NCBI RefSeq assembly: GCF_963921235.1
Contig: NC_086108.1
Coordinates: forward strand, 105,960,001 to 106,024,000
DNA from: Mobula hypostoma
Taxonomy: Eukaryota
Length of the DNA: 64,000 bases
Direction: 5' to 3'
The notes below the pieces were generated by a model. That model saw only the letters and a program-made list of their open reading frames with translations. It did no database searches and was not told the origin of the DNA. The position numbers were made by a program, and so were the translations under genes. Positions 11,839 to 25,786 of this stretch are shown one piece after another (the first letter of the stretch is position 1; each line of letters opens with the position of its first letter).

Positions 11839-14800
11839 CAGCTTCCAAACAGTAGCTGCGATGTGTACCACAGATTACAACGGGAAATAGGAACAGTGTG
11901 TCAAAAGAGCAATGTTATGATAGTCATAGGAAATTTTAACATACAGGTAGATTGGGAAAATCAGGTAGGTAATGGAAATCAAGACAGTGAGTTTGTTGAA
12001 TGTCTACAAGATCCCTTTTTAGAACAGTTAGTTGTTATGCTAACTATGGGATCAGCTATACTGGATTGGATGTTGTGTAATGAACCTAAGGCGATTAGGA
12101 AGCTTAATGTAAAAGAACCCTTAGGAACCAGTGATCACAATATAATTGAGTTCAACTTGAAATTTGATGGGGAGAAAGTAAAATCTGATGTAGCAGTATT
12201 TCAGTGAAGTAGAGGAAATTACAGTGGTATGAGAGAGGAGTTGGCCAAAATAAATTGGAAGGAGATGCTGGCAGGGATGACAACAGAGCAGCAATAGCTT
12301 GAGTATCTCAGAAAGTTGAGGAAGATGCAGGATAGATGAATTCCAAAACTAAGAAATACTCAAATGGCAAAATAGGACAACCGTGGCTGACAAGAGAAGT
12401 CAAAGCTTATGTAAAAGCAAAAGAGAGAGCACATAACAAAGCAAAAATTAGCAGTAAGATAGAGAATTGGGAAGCTTTTAAAAACCTACAGAAAGCAAGT
12501 AAAAGAATGATTAGGAGAGAGGAGATGCAAAATAAAAGCAAGCTAGCAGACAATATTAGGGTGGATATCAAAAGATTTTTCAAGTACGTAAAAAATAAAA
12601 AAGAGATGAGAGTGGATACAGGACCACTAGAAAATAAGTCTAGATAAATAATAACGAGGACAAGCAGATGGAAGATGAACTTAATGAATATTTTGCATCA
12701 GTCTTCACTTTGGAAGACATTAGCGGTGCATCGGATTTTGAAGGGTGTGAAGGAAGAGAAATGAGTGCAGTTACTATCACAAGGGAGAAGATGCTCAAAA
12801 AGCTGAAAGTATAAGCCATCCAGATCAGGTGAACTACACCCTAGGGTTTTGAAAGAGGTAGCGGTAGAGATTGTGAAGGTATCAGTAATGATCTTTCAAA
12901 AATATTTGGACTCTGGTATGGTACCAGAGGACTGGGAGTTTGCAAATGTCACTCCACTTTTTAAAAAATGAAAGAGGCAGCAGAAAGGAAATGATAGACC
13001 AGTTAGCCTGACCTCAGTGGTTGAGAAGATGTTGGAGTCAATTGTTAAGGATGAGGTTATGGAGTACTTGGTGACACGGGACAAGATAGGACAAAGTCAG
13101 TATGGTTTCCTTGTTAAAAAATCTTGCTTGACAAACCTGTTGGCATTCTTTGAAGAGATAACCTGTGAACACTACCTCACTTTTTAAATATATGTTATTT
13201 CTGTTTTTGCACAATTTTTAATCTATTCAACATACACATACATATACTGTAATTGATTGATTGATTTTCCTCTATTTTATGTATTGCATTGGACTTCTGC
13301 TGCTAAGTTGACAAACTTCATGACCCTGCCGGTAATAATAAATCTAGCAGTATGCCAGATGTTGAAAGATGTGAAGGAAGAGAAGTGAGTGCAGTTACTA
13401 TTACAAGACAGAATATGCTCAAAAAGCTGAAACACCTAAGGGTACATAAGTCACCCAGGCCAGATGAACTGCACCCTAGAGTTCTGAAAGAGCCAGCAGT
13501 GGAGATTGTGGAGGTATCAGTAATGATCTTTCAAAAATATTTGGACTCTGATGTGGTGCCAGAGGATTGAGAAATTGCAAATGTCACTCCACTTTTTAAC
13601 AAAGGAGGGAGACAGCAGAAAGGAAATTGTAGACCACTAATCTTGATCTCAGTGGTTGGGAAGATGTTAGGAGTCAATTCTTAAGGATATACATGTTTGT
13701 AGTTATGGAGTACTTGGTGACACAGGACAAGATAGGACAAATTATGTAGATTTTCCTTAAGGGAAAATCTTGCCTGACAAACCTGTTGGAATTCATTGAG
13801 AAGATTACAGGTAAGATAGATAAAGGGGGATGCAGTGGATGATGTATATTTGGACTTTCAGAAGGCCTTTAACACGGTGCCACACATGAAGCTGCTTACC
13901 ATGTTAAGAGCCCATGGTATTACAAGAAAGTTATTAACATGTTTGGAGCATTGGCTGATTGGTAGGAGGCCAGCAAGTGGAAATAAAAGGATCTTTTTCA
14001 GGTTGGCTGCCAGTGACTAGTGGTGTTCTGCAGGGGTCGGTGTTGGGACCACTTCTTCTTATGCTGTATATCAATGATTTAGATGATGGAATAGATGGCT
14101 TTGTTGCCAAGTTTGTGGACACTATGAAGATTGGTGGAGGAGCAGGTCGTGTTGAGGAAATAGGTAGGCTGCAGAAGGACTTAAGACCGATTAGGAGAAT
14201 GGAGAAGAAAGTGGCAAATTAAATACAATGCTGGAAAATGAATGGTCATGCACTTTGATAGTAAAAATAAGTGTGCAGACAATTTTCTAAATGGGGAGAA
14301 GTCCAAAAATCTGAGATGCAAAGGGACTTGGGAGTCCTTGTGCAGAACACCCTAAATTGTGACTTGCAGTTGGAGTCAGTGGTGAGGAAGGTAAATTTCA
14401 AGAGGTCTAGAATAAAAGGACAGGGATGAAATGCTGAGACTTCATAAAGCACCTTGAGTATTGTGAACAGATTTGGCCTCTTCATCTAAGAAAAGATGTG
14501 TTGGCATTGGAGAGAATTCAGAGGAGGTTTACAGGATAATTCCGGGAATGAAAGGGTTATCATACAAGGAACATTTGATGTCTCTGTGTTTGTGCTCACT
14601 GGAATTTAGAAGGATGAGGGGGCTTCTCATTGAAAGCTTTTGAATGTTGAAAGGCCTAGACAGAGTAGATGTGGAAAGCATGTTTCCGATAGTTGAGGAG
14701 CGTAGGACAAGAGGGCACAGCCTCAGGATACTGGAGCGCCCATTTAAAACAGAGATATGGAAAAATATCTTTAACCAGAAGGTGGTGAATTTGTGGAATT

Positions 14801-15074
14801 TGTTACCCAGCATCTGTGGAGTCCAGGTCGTTAGGTGTATTTGGTGCAAAGATTGGTAGGTTCTTGATTGGACACGGCATCAAAGGTTATGGGGTGAAGA
14901 CCGGAGAGTGGGGCTGAGGAGGGGAAAAAAGGATCAGCAGTGATTGAAGGTGAAGCCAACTCAATGGGCCAAATAGCCTTATTCTGCTCCAATGTCCTTG
15001 TGATGGTAGCGCATTGCACACTTTCCACACCCTCTGATTCAAAAAGTACTCTTCTGTGTTCCCCTTATGCACTA

Positions 15075-15241
15075 AACCCATGAACAATATCTCACTATTT
15101 TTTGTACTAATTTAATTATTAAATATATAAATTTACTGTAATTCACAGTGTTTATTATTATGTATTTCATTGTACTTCTGCTACAAAAAGAACAAATTTC
15201 ACAACATATGCTGGTCATAATAAACCTGATTCTGATTCTGA
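15075..15241 (+). mobile_element. Rex1/Babar LINE 3' tail
   Basis: Ends aataaacctgattctgattctga, same tail as 43405. Confidence 0.7.
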
Positions 15242-15416
15242 GATGGACCGAAGAGCCACCTGATATGTTAACACAGAACAAAGAACGTAGAACACATTAG
15301 CACTGCATAGGTCTTTTGGCCCATGATGTTGTGCTTATCTTATAACCTTCCCTAAGGTCAATATAACCCTTCCCTCCCACATAGCCCTCCATTTTTATAT
15401 CATCTATGTGGCTATC

Positions 15417-16105
15417 TTTTTTTGGATTATGAGAACACTCAGTCCTCTTTTACTGTCATTTAGAAATGCATACATGCATTAAGAAATGATACAATGTTTC
15501 TCCGGAGTGATATCACAGAAAACAGGACAAACCAAAGGCTAACACTGACAGAACCACATAATTATAACATATAGTTACAGCAGTGCAAAGCAATTCCATA
15601 ATTTGATGAAGAACAAACCATGGGCATGGTAAATAAAGTCTCACAAGTCCCCGAGTCGATCGACTCCCGAGTCCCCGATAGCAGGCGGCAAAAGGGAGAA
15701 ACTCCCTGCCAGAAACCTCCAGGCACCGTCAACTTGCCGATACCTTGGAAGCAGCTGACCACAGCTGACACTGAGTCCATCCGTCTGAAAACTTCGAGCT
15801 TCCGACCAGCCCCTCCGATACAGCCTCCCGAGTGCCATCCTCTGCCGAGCGCCTTCGATGTCGCCTCAGCCACTGAAACACGCAAAGCCGAGGATTTTGG
15901 GGCCTTCTGCTCCGGAGATTCCGGTTACCACACAGTAGCAGCAGCAGCGAAGCGGGAATTTCAGAAGTTTTCTGGGTGTTCCTCCATACTCTCACATCCG
16001 TCTCCATCAAATCATGATTGTGCACGGTCCCCTACTTGACAGATAACAGATATTCATCACCGGAGAGGCCGTGTGCGCTGCCGTCGCGCCGCCATCTCCT
16101 CTTTC
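15417..16105 (-). mobile_element. Young non-autonomous retroelement inserted into a CR1 tail
   Basis: CpG-rich; minus strand begins gaggagatggcggcgcgacgg and ends aatgacagtaaaagaggac..cataatccaaaaaaa; host sequence ggctatct|aagagt resumes after it. Confidence 0.55.
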
Positions 16106-16836
16106 TCTAAGAGTATATTAAATGTCCCTAATGCATCTACCTCTACCACCACCCCTGCCAGGGATTTCTCCACACCTCTACGTTTCTTTGTAAAAAAAAC
16201 TACCTCTGACATGTACAATATTGTTTCTCTATAGACTTTCCTCCAGTCACCTTAAAACGATGCTGGTGTTGTATACTCCTATAATTGCATGGCTGTTCAT
16301 TCATAATCTGAAGTTTCTTATACTTCAAAGACACTTTAAATTCATTCAAACCGAAACTTTCCAGGTCTTCAAAAGATTGCATAGATGTCAATTTGCATTT
16401 TGCGTTCTATAATGAACACTCTGATTCCTCCTACATTGTTTCATTGAACTGTCTCATCATAGCAAATTTTTGAAGCTATCTACATGATCACATTGACCAC
16501 AGAAAATGTGCTGAGGGTAATAGATTTCTTATTAATATTAATATACGATCATCACTTCAGTCACTCAATATAGCTCTAGACAGAGATTTTAGAAAATAAA
16601 ATAAAGAAATTCAAATGGCATGGAACACAATTCAACAAAGAATTCAGATGGATTCACCTAAATATGTGTTGATGGAACAATATAAAACCCTTCAGTAACC
16701 TTTGTCAGAAAACAATACTTCATTGAAATGAATATGCCGAGAACACTAAATACAAGACAAAAGCATCAATGACAGTGTGTTCAGACAATATAAAGCTTAA
16801 GAAAAACGAGTGTTTGTCTGCAGTCATTTCGAGAAA

Positions 16837-16862
16837 TCAAGTTTTATTGATGCTTTTGATCT
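16837..16862 (-). CDS. Candidate terminal coding exon of the minus-strand host gene (EIKSINKT*)
   Basis: Long polypyrimidine tract plus CAG acceptor at 16863-16897; phase 1 fits the 39321-39393 exon; AT-rich unique sequence follows as possible 3' UTR. Confidence 0.35.
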
Positions 16863-17334
16863 CTGAGAGATAGAGAGAGAGAAAAAAGAGAGGAAGGAGC
16901 TTAAACATCATCTTGTTCAAGAAACAAAAATAGTTGTTAATAAATGCAGATTTTAAAAAAATGTATTTGTTCAAATGAACTGCTGGCAAACCAATGCTTA
17001 TTATGCATTCCACATCATCCTAGAATGACTAGGAATCAACTGTATTGTTATTGGTATTGGCTTGTTATTGTCATATATACCAAGGTCGTAAGGGAGAGTA
17101 CTTGGAGGAAACTCATGTGGTATTGGGGACAATGTACAAACCCCTTGAGGCATAATTAGATCTCAAATGGTGAGTGGTGGTGTTGTAAAGCGATTTTGCT
17201 AATCATACGCTACCGTGCCATGTTCTAGACCACCAAGTTCATGTTCAAAGTTATTATCATAGATATCCAGGATTGTCCAAAAGTTTTAGGCACATATTTA
17301 CAACTAGTGTCCCCCAGCCCTTTGCATAGTACTG

Positions 17335-17838
17335 TATTGAATTGAATTGAATTGACTTTATTATTTACATTCTTCCTATACATGAGGAGTAAAAATCTTT
17401 ATGTTACATCTCCGTCTGAATGTGCAATGTGCAATTTATGGTAATTTATAATAAATAATATGTACAACAGGACAGTCAATATAACATAGCAATACAATCG
17501 TATCAGCATGAATTAATCAGTCTGATGGCCTGGTGGAAGAAGCTGTCCCGGAGCCTGTTGGTCCTGGCTTTTATGCTGCGATACCGTTTCCCGGATGGTA
17601 GCAGCTGGAACGGTTTGTGGTTGGGCTGGCTCAGACCTCTAGTGATCCTTTGGGCCCTTTTTACACTCCTGTCTCTGTAAATGTCCTGAATAGTGGGAAG
17701 TTCACGTCTACAGATGTGCTGGGCTGTCTGCACCACTCTCTACAGAATCCTGCGATTGAGGGAGGTACAGCTCCCATACCAGGCTGTGATGCAGCCAGTC
17801 AGGATGCTCTCAATTGTCCCCTTGTAGACAGTTCTTAG
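17335..17838 (-). mobile_element. Rex1/Babar LINE 3' end (second family)
   Basis: LLPSGKRYRSIKARTNRLRDSFFHQAIRLIN; aataaagt(caatt)n tail. Confidence 0.85.
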
Positions 17839-18257
17839 GATTTTATGTACTTTAATGTAGTAATTTTATGTACTTTTAAGTACTGCTGCAAAAAAAAATT
17901 GTGAAAAATGTGAGTGATGATAAACCTGATTCTGATATGGGTCTTTATTGTGGATTGAGAGTAGGAAGGGGGCAGGGAGAGGGGAATCTTGGTTGGGAAA
18001 GGGGGAAGAGAGAGGGGAGGGAGCAGGAAGCACCAGGGAGACATTCTGTAATGATCAATAGACCAAATGTTTAGAATCAAATCACATTGCCTGGTGTCTC
18101 AGGGCTAGTGGTGTCTGTGCCACCCCACTCTATCCCTTACACTGCTTCTCTACTCCCTGTCCTACATCCCTCACATGCAACTTCTCCCTCACCATTCTCG
18201 ACTTCCTTTTTGCTCCCACCAAATTTACAGCACACTCTTGTTCCATATCGACAAATA

Positions 18258-18324
18258 CAGTACTGTGCAAAAGTCTTAAGTACCTTCGTGATATTTATGT
18301 GCCTAAGACTTTTGCACAGTACTG
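18258..18324. mobile_element. 67-bp Tc1-type mini-MITE
   Basis: TIR cagtactgtgcaaaagtctta / taagacttttgcacagtactg, TA on the left; decayed copy near 17265-17337. Confidence 0.7.
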
Positions 18325-19004
18325 GACATACTCAGGTATAAATACCATGCAAATTAGCTTTTGCATTATGACCATCACAAAGAATCTGCTAAAGTAACAT
18401 GAAATTTAAATGATTTACATGACAAAATAAACAAATTAAAGATATATATATATGTATAAGACGTGGTAAACAAAAAAATTCTGTGAATGCTGGAGATCTT
18501 GAGGAATGCACACAAACTTTTGAAGGAACTCAGCAGGTCATGCAGCATCTATGGAGGGGAATGATCAGTTGATTCTTTGGGCCAAGACCCTTCATCAGGA
18601 CACTGATGACCTTGGTACAATAACACTGGTACATGTTAACAGTAAAAAAGGAGGAATAATGTTCAAGTTGTTGTTAAGCTTCTTCAGATCAGTTCATTTA
18701 CCTAATGGTGGTTGGGAAGAAGCTGCTTTTGAACGCTGAGTTGTGGGAGTTCAGGTTCCTGAACCTCCTGCTTGTTGGCAGACTTCAGATGAGGGTATCC
18801 CAGATGGTGTGAGTCCCTGATGATGGACCTTCTGAGCTATGGTCTCTTTTAGATGACCTCGATGGTGGCAAGAGCTGTGACCATGATCGAACCACCCTTT
18901 CTCACCTCTTGCGTTTTCATGCATTTGAGTTTCTATACAAGGCTGTGATGCAACCAGTCAGGATACTTTCCACAAGGCAACTAGGAAAGTCAAATAAATT
19001 CAAC

Positions 19005-19512
19005 AAATGCATACAAAATGCTGGAGGCACTCAGCAGGTCAGGCAGCATCTTTGAGTCCCTTCATTGGGACTGCAAAGGAAAGGGCAAGAAGTCAGAATA
19101 AGAAGGTGGGAAGAGAGGAAGGAAGAACAGGCTGGCAGGTGATAGGTGACACGAGGTGAGGGAGAAAGGTGTATGTGTGGGGGAGAGGGGTGAAGTGAGA
19201 AACTGGGATGTGATAGGTGGAACAGGGAAAGGGCTGAAGATGAAGGAATCTGATAGGAGAGGACATTGGACCATGGGAGAAAGGGAAGTAGAAAGGCTAC
19301 CAGAAGGTGGTGATGGGAATGTAACAAGAAAAGGGGTGAGAGTGGAGCCAGGATAGGTAATGATAAAAGAGAGAAGGGGAAGGGAGAGGAATTACTGGAA
19401 GTTAGAGAAATTGCTGTTCATGCATTTAGGTTGGAGACTACCCAAGTAGAACATGAGGTTTTGTTCTTCCTGCCTGAGTATGACCTCATCATGGAAGTAG
19501 AGGAGGCCATGT
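19005..19512 (-). mobile_element. Penelope-like (Neptune) 3' fragment
   Basis: Reverse complement matches 56090-56560 (GIY-YIG C-terminus, pyrimidine-rich UTR, terminal repeat). Confidence 0.75.
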
Positions 19513-20061
19513 GGAAGATCTATTGAAGGGCACCCATTTAAATTTGATATGCTATTCTCATTCTGGCATAACTGTTGATAGCCTCCTCTACTGCTACAGT
19601 GAAGCTACGGACAGACAAACTGAAGTGGAGAAATTATAAAAGGGAACAGAGAATCAAATCCTTCATGCAGAGGGTGATGCACCTCAGAGGTGAGTGCCCA
19701 CTGCTCTACTCTCTACATATGCATACCTGCATGGCTAGGGATAGCTCAAATACCATCTATAAATTTGCTGATGATACAGCCATTGTTGGTAGAATCTCAG
19801 CAGGTGACGGGAGGGTGTACAGGAGTGAGATATGCCAACTAGTGGAATGGTGCTGCAGCAAAAACCTGGCACTCATCATCAGTAAGACGGAAGACCTGAT
19901 TGTGCACTTCAGGAAGGGTAAGATGAAGGAACACGTACCAATCCTCATAGAGGGATCAGAACATAGAACATAGAACATAGAATAGTACAGCACAGTACAG
20001 GCCCTTCGGCCCACAATGTTGTGCTGACCCTCAAACCCTGCCTCCCATATAAGCCCCCACC

Positions 20062-22800
20062 TTAAAATTCCTCCATATACCTGTCTAGTAGTCTCTTAAA
20101 CTTCACTAGTGTATCTGCCTCCACCACTGACTCAGGCAGTGAATTCCTCGCACCAACCACTCTCTGAGTAAAAAAACTTCCTCTAATATCCCCCTTGAAC
20201 TTCCCACCCCTTACCTTAAAGCCATGTCCTCTTGTATTGAGCAGTGGTGCCCTGGGGAAGAGGTGCTGGCTATCCACTCTATCTATTCCTCTTATTATTT
20301 TGTACACCTCTATCATGTCTCCTCTCATCCTCCTTCTCTCCAAAGAGTAAAGCCCTAGCTCCCTTAATCTCTGATCATAATGCATACATTCTAAACCAGG
20401 CAGCATCCTGGTAAATCTCCTCTGTACCCTTTCCAATGCTTCCACATCCTTCCTATAGTGAGGTGACCAGAAATGGACACAGTACTCCCAGTGTGGCCTA
20501 ACCAGAGTTTTATAGAGCTGCATCATTACATCGCGACTCTTAAACACTATCCCTTGACTTATGAAAGCTAACACCCCATAAGCTTTCTTAACTACCCTAT
20601 CCACCTGTGAGGCAACTTTCAGGGATCTGTGGACATGTACCCCGAGATCCCTCTGCTCCTCCACACTACCGAGTATCCTGCCATTTACTTTGTACTCTGC
20701 CTTGGAGTTTGTCCTTCCAAAGTGTACCACCTCACACTTCTCCGGGTTGAACTCCATCTGCCACTTCTCAGCCCACTTCTGCATCCTAACAATGTCTCTC
20801 TGCAATCTTTGAAAATCCTCTACACTATCCACAACACCAGCAACCTTTGTGTCGTCTGCAAACTTGCCAACCCACCTTTCTACCCCCACATCCAGGTCGT
20901 TAATGAAAATCACGAAAAGTAGAGGTCCCAGTACAGATCCTTGTGGGACACCACTAGTCACAGTCCTCCAATCTGAATGTACTCCCTCCACCACCACCCT
21001 CTGCCTTCTGCAGGCAAGCCAATTCTGAATCCACCTGGCCAAACTTCCCTGGATCCCATGCCTTCTAACTTTCTGAATAAGCCTACTGTGTGGAACCTTG
21101 TCAAATGCCTTACTAAAATCCATATAGATCACATCCACTGCACTACCCTCATCTATATGCCTGGTCACCTCCTCGAAGAACTCTATCAGGCTTGATAGAC
21201 ACGATCTGCCCTTCACAAAGCCATGCTGACTGTCTCTGATCAGACCATGATTCTCTAAATGCCTATAGATCCTATCTCTAAGAATCTTTTCCAACAGCTT
21301 TCCCACCACAGACGTAAGGCTCACTGGTCTATAATTACCCAGACTATCCCTACTACCTTTTTTGAACAAGGGAACAACATTCGCCTCCCTCCAATCCTCC
21401 GGTACCATTCCCGTGGACAACGAGGACATAAAGATCCTAGCCAGAGGCTCAGCAATCTCTACTCTCGCATCGTGGAGCAGCCTGGGGAATATTCCGTCAG
21501 GCCCCCGGGACTTATCTGTCCTAATGTATTTTAACAACTCCAACACCTCCTCTCCCTTAATATCAACATGCTCCAGAACATCAACCTCACTCATATTGTC
21601 CTCACCATCATCAAATTCCCTCTCATTGGTGAATACCGAAGCGAAGTATTCATTGAGGACCTCACTCACTTCCACAGCCTCCAGGCACATCTTCCCACCT
21701 TTATCTCTAATCGGTCCTACCTTCACTCCTGTCATCCTTTTTTTCTTCACATAATTGAAGAACGCCTTGGGGTTTTCCTTTACCCTACTCACCAAGGCCT
21801 TCTCATGCCCCCTTCTTGCTCTTCTCAGCCCCTTCTTAAGCTCCTTTCTTGCTTCCCTATATTCCTCAATAGACCCATCTGATCCTTGCTTCCTAAACCT
21901 CATGTATGCTGCCTTCTTCCACCTGACTAGATTTTCCACCTCACTTGTCACCCATGGTTCCTTCACCCTACCATTCTTTATCATCCTCATCGGGACAAAT
22001 TTACCCCTTACATCCCGCAAGAGATCTCTAAACATCGACCACATGTCCATAGTACATTACCCTGCAAAAACATCACCTCATTTCACACCCACAAGTTCTA
22101 GCCTTATAGCCTCATAATTTGCCTTTCCCCAATTAAAAATTTTCCTGTCCTCTTTGATTCTATCCTTTTCCATGATAATTATAAAGGCCAGGGAGCGGCG
22201 GTCACTGTCCCCCAGATGCTCACCCACTGAGAGATCTGTGACTTGACCTGGTTCATTACCTAGTACTAGATCTAGTACGGCATTCCCCCTGGTCGGTATG
22301 TCCATATACTGTGACAGGAATCCATCCTGGACACACTTAACAAACTCTGCCCCATCTAAACCCTTTGAACTAATCAGGTGCCAATCAATATTAGGGAAGT
22401 TAAAGTCACCCATGATAACAACCCTGTTATTTTTGCACCTTTCCAAAACCTGCCTCCCAATCTGCTCCTCTGTATCTCTGCTGCTACCAGGGGGCCTATA
22501 GAATACCCCCAGTAGAGTAACTGCTCCCTTCCTGTTCCTGACTTCCACCCATATTGACTCAAAAGAGGATCCGGCTACATTACCCACCCTTTCTGTAGCT
22601 GTAATAGTATCCCTGACCAGTAATGCCACCCCTCTTCCCCTTTTTCCGCCCTCTCTATCCCTTTTAAAGCACTGAAATCCAGGAATATTGAGAATCCATT
22701 CCTGCCCTGGTGCCAGCCGTCTCTGTAATGGCCACTACATCATAATTCCATGTATGTATCCAAGCTCTCAGTTCATCACCTTTGTTCCTGATGCTTCTTG
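20062..22800 (-). pseudogene. CR1 ORF2 (APE endonuclease + reverse transcriptase), interrupted
   Basis: APE motifs YRPP, MGDFN, LDLVL (22078-22629); open 662-aa RT segment 20062-22050 with DFSKAFD, GVPQGSVLGP, KFADD; stops/frameshifts between pieces. Confidence 0.9.
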
Positions 22801-22949
22801 TACCTTTCAGCCCTTCTACCTTACTGTCTTTACACCGTTTATTCTGCTTCTCTTTCCTCAAAGCCTCTCTGTATGTTAGATCTGGCTTTACTCCATGCAC
22901 TTCTTTCACTGCTCTATCGCTCTGGGTCCCATCCCCCTCACAAATTAGT

Positions 22950-23819
22950 TTAAACCCTCCCGAACCATCTGAGCAAACCTACCTGCAAGGATATTGCTCC
23001 CCCTCGAGTATCAGGTGCAACCCATCCAATCTGTACAGGTCCCACCTTCCCCAGAAGAGATCCCAATGATCTAAAAATCTAAAACCCTGCTCCCGGCAGC
23101 AGCAATCCTGAGAACGCCACCCTTGAGGTCCTGTTCTTCAGCCTTCTGCCTAATTCCCGAAACTCACACTTCAGGACCTCATCCCTCTTCCTGCCTATGT
23201 TGTTGGTCCCAAAATGTATCACGACTGCTGGTTGCTTTCCCTCTCGTACCAGGATGTCATGGACCCGGTCAGAGACATCCCGGACCCTGGCACCCGGGAG
23301 GCAACAAACCATGCAGGTGTCCTTCTCATGTCCACAAAATCTCCTGTCTGCTCCCCTGACTATAGAGTCTCCAATGATGACAGCTCTCCTCTTCTCTGTC
23401 CCACCCTTCTGCACCACAAGGTCAGACTCAGTGCCGGAGGCCTTGCCACCGTGGCTCACACCTGGTCGGTCGTCCCCGCCAACAGTATCCAGGATGGTAA
23501 ACTTATTATTCAGGGGAATGGCTACAGGGGTGCTCTGCACTACCTGTCTGCTCACCTTCGCTTTCCCCCCTCTGACTGTCACCCAATGACCTGCTTCCGA
23601 CAGCCTAGGTGTGACTACCTCCCTGTAGCTCTCATCTATGACTGCCTCATTCTCCCTTATGAGTCAAAGGTCATCCAGCTGCTGCTCCAGATTCCTTACA
23701 CGGTCTTCCAGATCGCCCAGCCGTATGCACTTCTGGCAGATGTGACTCTGCGGGAGAGGGGAGTTCCCCCAAGACTGCCACATCTCACATGAGAGGCACA
23801 TCACCATCTCAGGAGGCAT
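22950..23819 (-). pseudogene. CR1 ORF1 (zinc finger/coiled coil + SGNH esterase), interrupted
   Basis: MPPEMVMCLSCEMW..CQKC..LEQQLDDL; IGDSIVR, CLPGARVRD, HFGTNNIG. Confidence 0.85.
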
Positions 23820-25009
23820 TGTAAAAACTAACTGCGAGCTAGCTTGTCCTCCGCCTCTTCTCGTCGAAGCCTCTCCAGAAGTGGAGAGACTGAGCAATTT
23901 CAAGTTCCTGGGTGTCAAGCTCTCCGAGGATCTAACCTGGTCCCAACATATCGATGCAGTCATAAAGAAGGCAAGACAATAGCTATACTTAGTTAGGAGT
24001 TTGAAAAGAATAGGTATGTCAAGAAGTACACTCAAAAACTTCTATAGATGTACCATGGAGAGCAATCTGACAGGCTGCATCACTGTCTGGTAATGGGGAT
24101 GGGGTGGCTATTCCACAGGGCTGAAAGAAGCTGCAGAGGGTTGTAAATTTAGTCAGCTCCATCTTGGGTACTAGCCTACAAAATACCCAGGACATCTTCA
24201 AGGAGCAGTGCCTCAGAAAGACAGTGTCCATTATTAAGGACCATGAGCACCTTTTCTCACTGTTACCCTTGGGTAGGAGGTACAGAAGCCTGAAGGCACA
24301 CACTCAGTGATTCAGGAACAGCTTCTTCCCCTCTGCCATCTGATTCCGAAATGGACGTCGAACTCTTGGACAGTACCTCACTTTTTTAATATATATTTTT
24401 TCTGTTTTTCACATGATTTTTAATCTATGCAATATACAGTTGAAGTCAGAAGTGTCCATACACCTTAGCCAAATACATTTAAACTCACTTTTTCACAATT
24501 CCTGACATTTAATCCTAGAAAACATTCCCTGTCTTAGGTCAGTTAGGATCACTATTTTAAGAATGTGAAATGTCAGCGTAATAGTAGAGAGAATGATTTA
24601 TTTCAGCTTTTATTTCTTTCATCACTTCCCCAGTGGGTCAGAAGTTTACATACACTTTGTTAGTATTTGGTAGCATGGTCTTTAAGTTGTTTAACTTGGG
24701 TCAAACGGTTTGGGTAGTCTTCCACAAGCTTCTCACAGTAAGTTTCTGGAATTTTGTTCTATTCCTCCAGACAGAACTGGTGTAACTGAGTCAGGTTTGT
24801 AGACCTCCTTGCCCGCACACGCTTTTTCAGTTCTGCCCACAAATTTTCTATCGGATTGAGGTCAAGGCTTTGTGATGGCCATCCAATACCTTGACTTTAT
24901 TGTCCGTTAAGCAATTTTGCCACAATTTTGGAGGTATGCTTGGAGTCATTGTCCATTTGGAAGACCCATTTGCGACCGAGCTTTAACTTCCAGGCTGATG
25001 TCTTGAGAT

Positions 25010-25786
<777 letters not shown>

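Larger units (their letters stand above)
9245..15005 (+). mobile_element. Old, near full-length degraded CR1 LINE (ORF1 esterase, APE, RT, 3' UTR) with nested insertions and an internal duplication
   Basis: KCIRLQLLEDRVRDLQQQLDEL, YIGSNDI, SAQSIRNK, GNFN, SDHN, YLDFQKAF, QGSVLGP, 3' UTR to ~15005; many stops and frameshifts. Confidence 0.9.
19962..23875 (-). mobile_element. Young near full-length CR1 LINE
   Basis: ORF1 and ORF2 remnants, (TTCTATG)n tail, cagaa duplication at 19957-19961 and 23876-23880. Confidence 0.95.

Noticed and set aside
20629..22501. Plus-strand ORFs opposite CR1 ORF2 (also 28856-29971)
   Set aside because: Antisense shadows of open RT frames, with no independent protein signature
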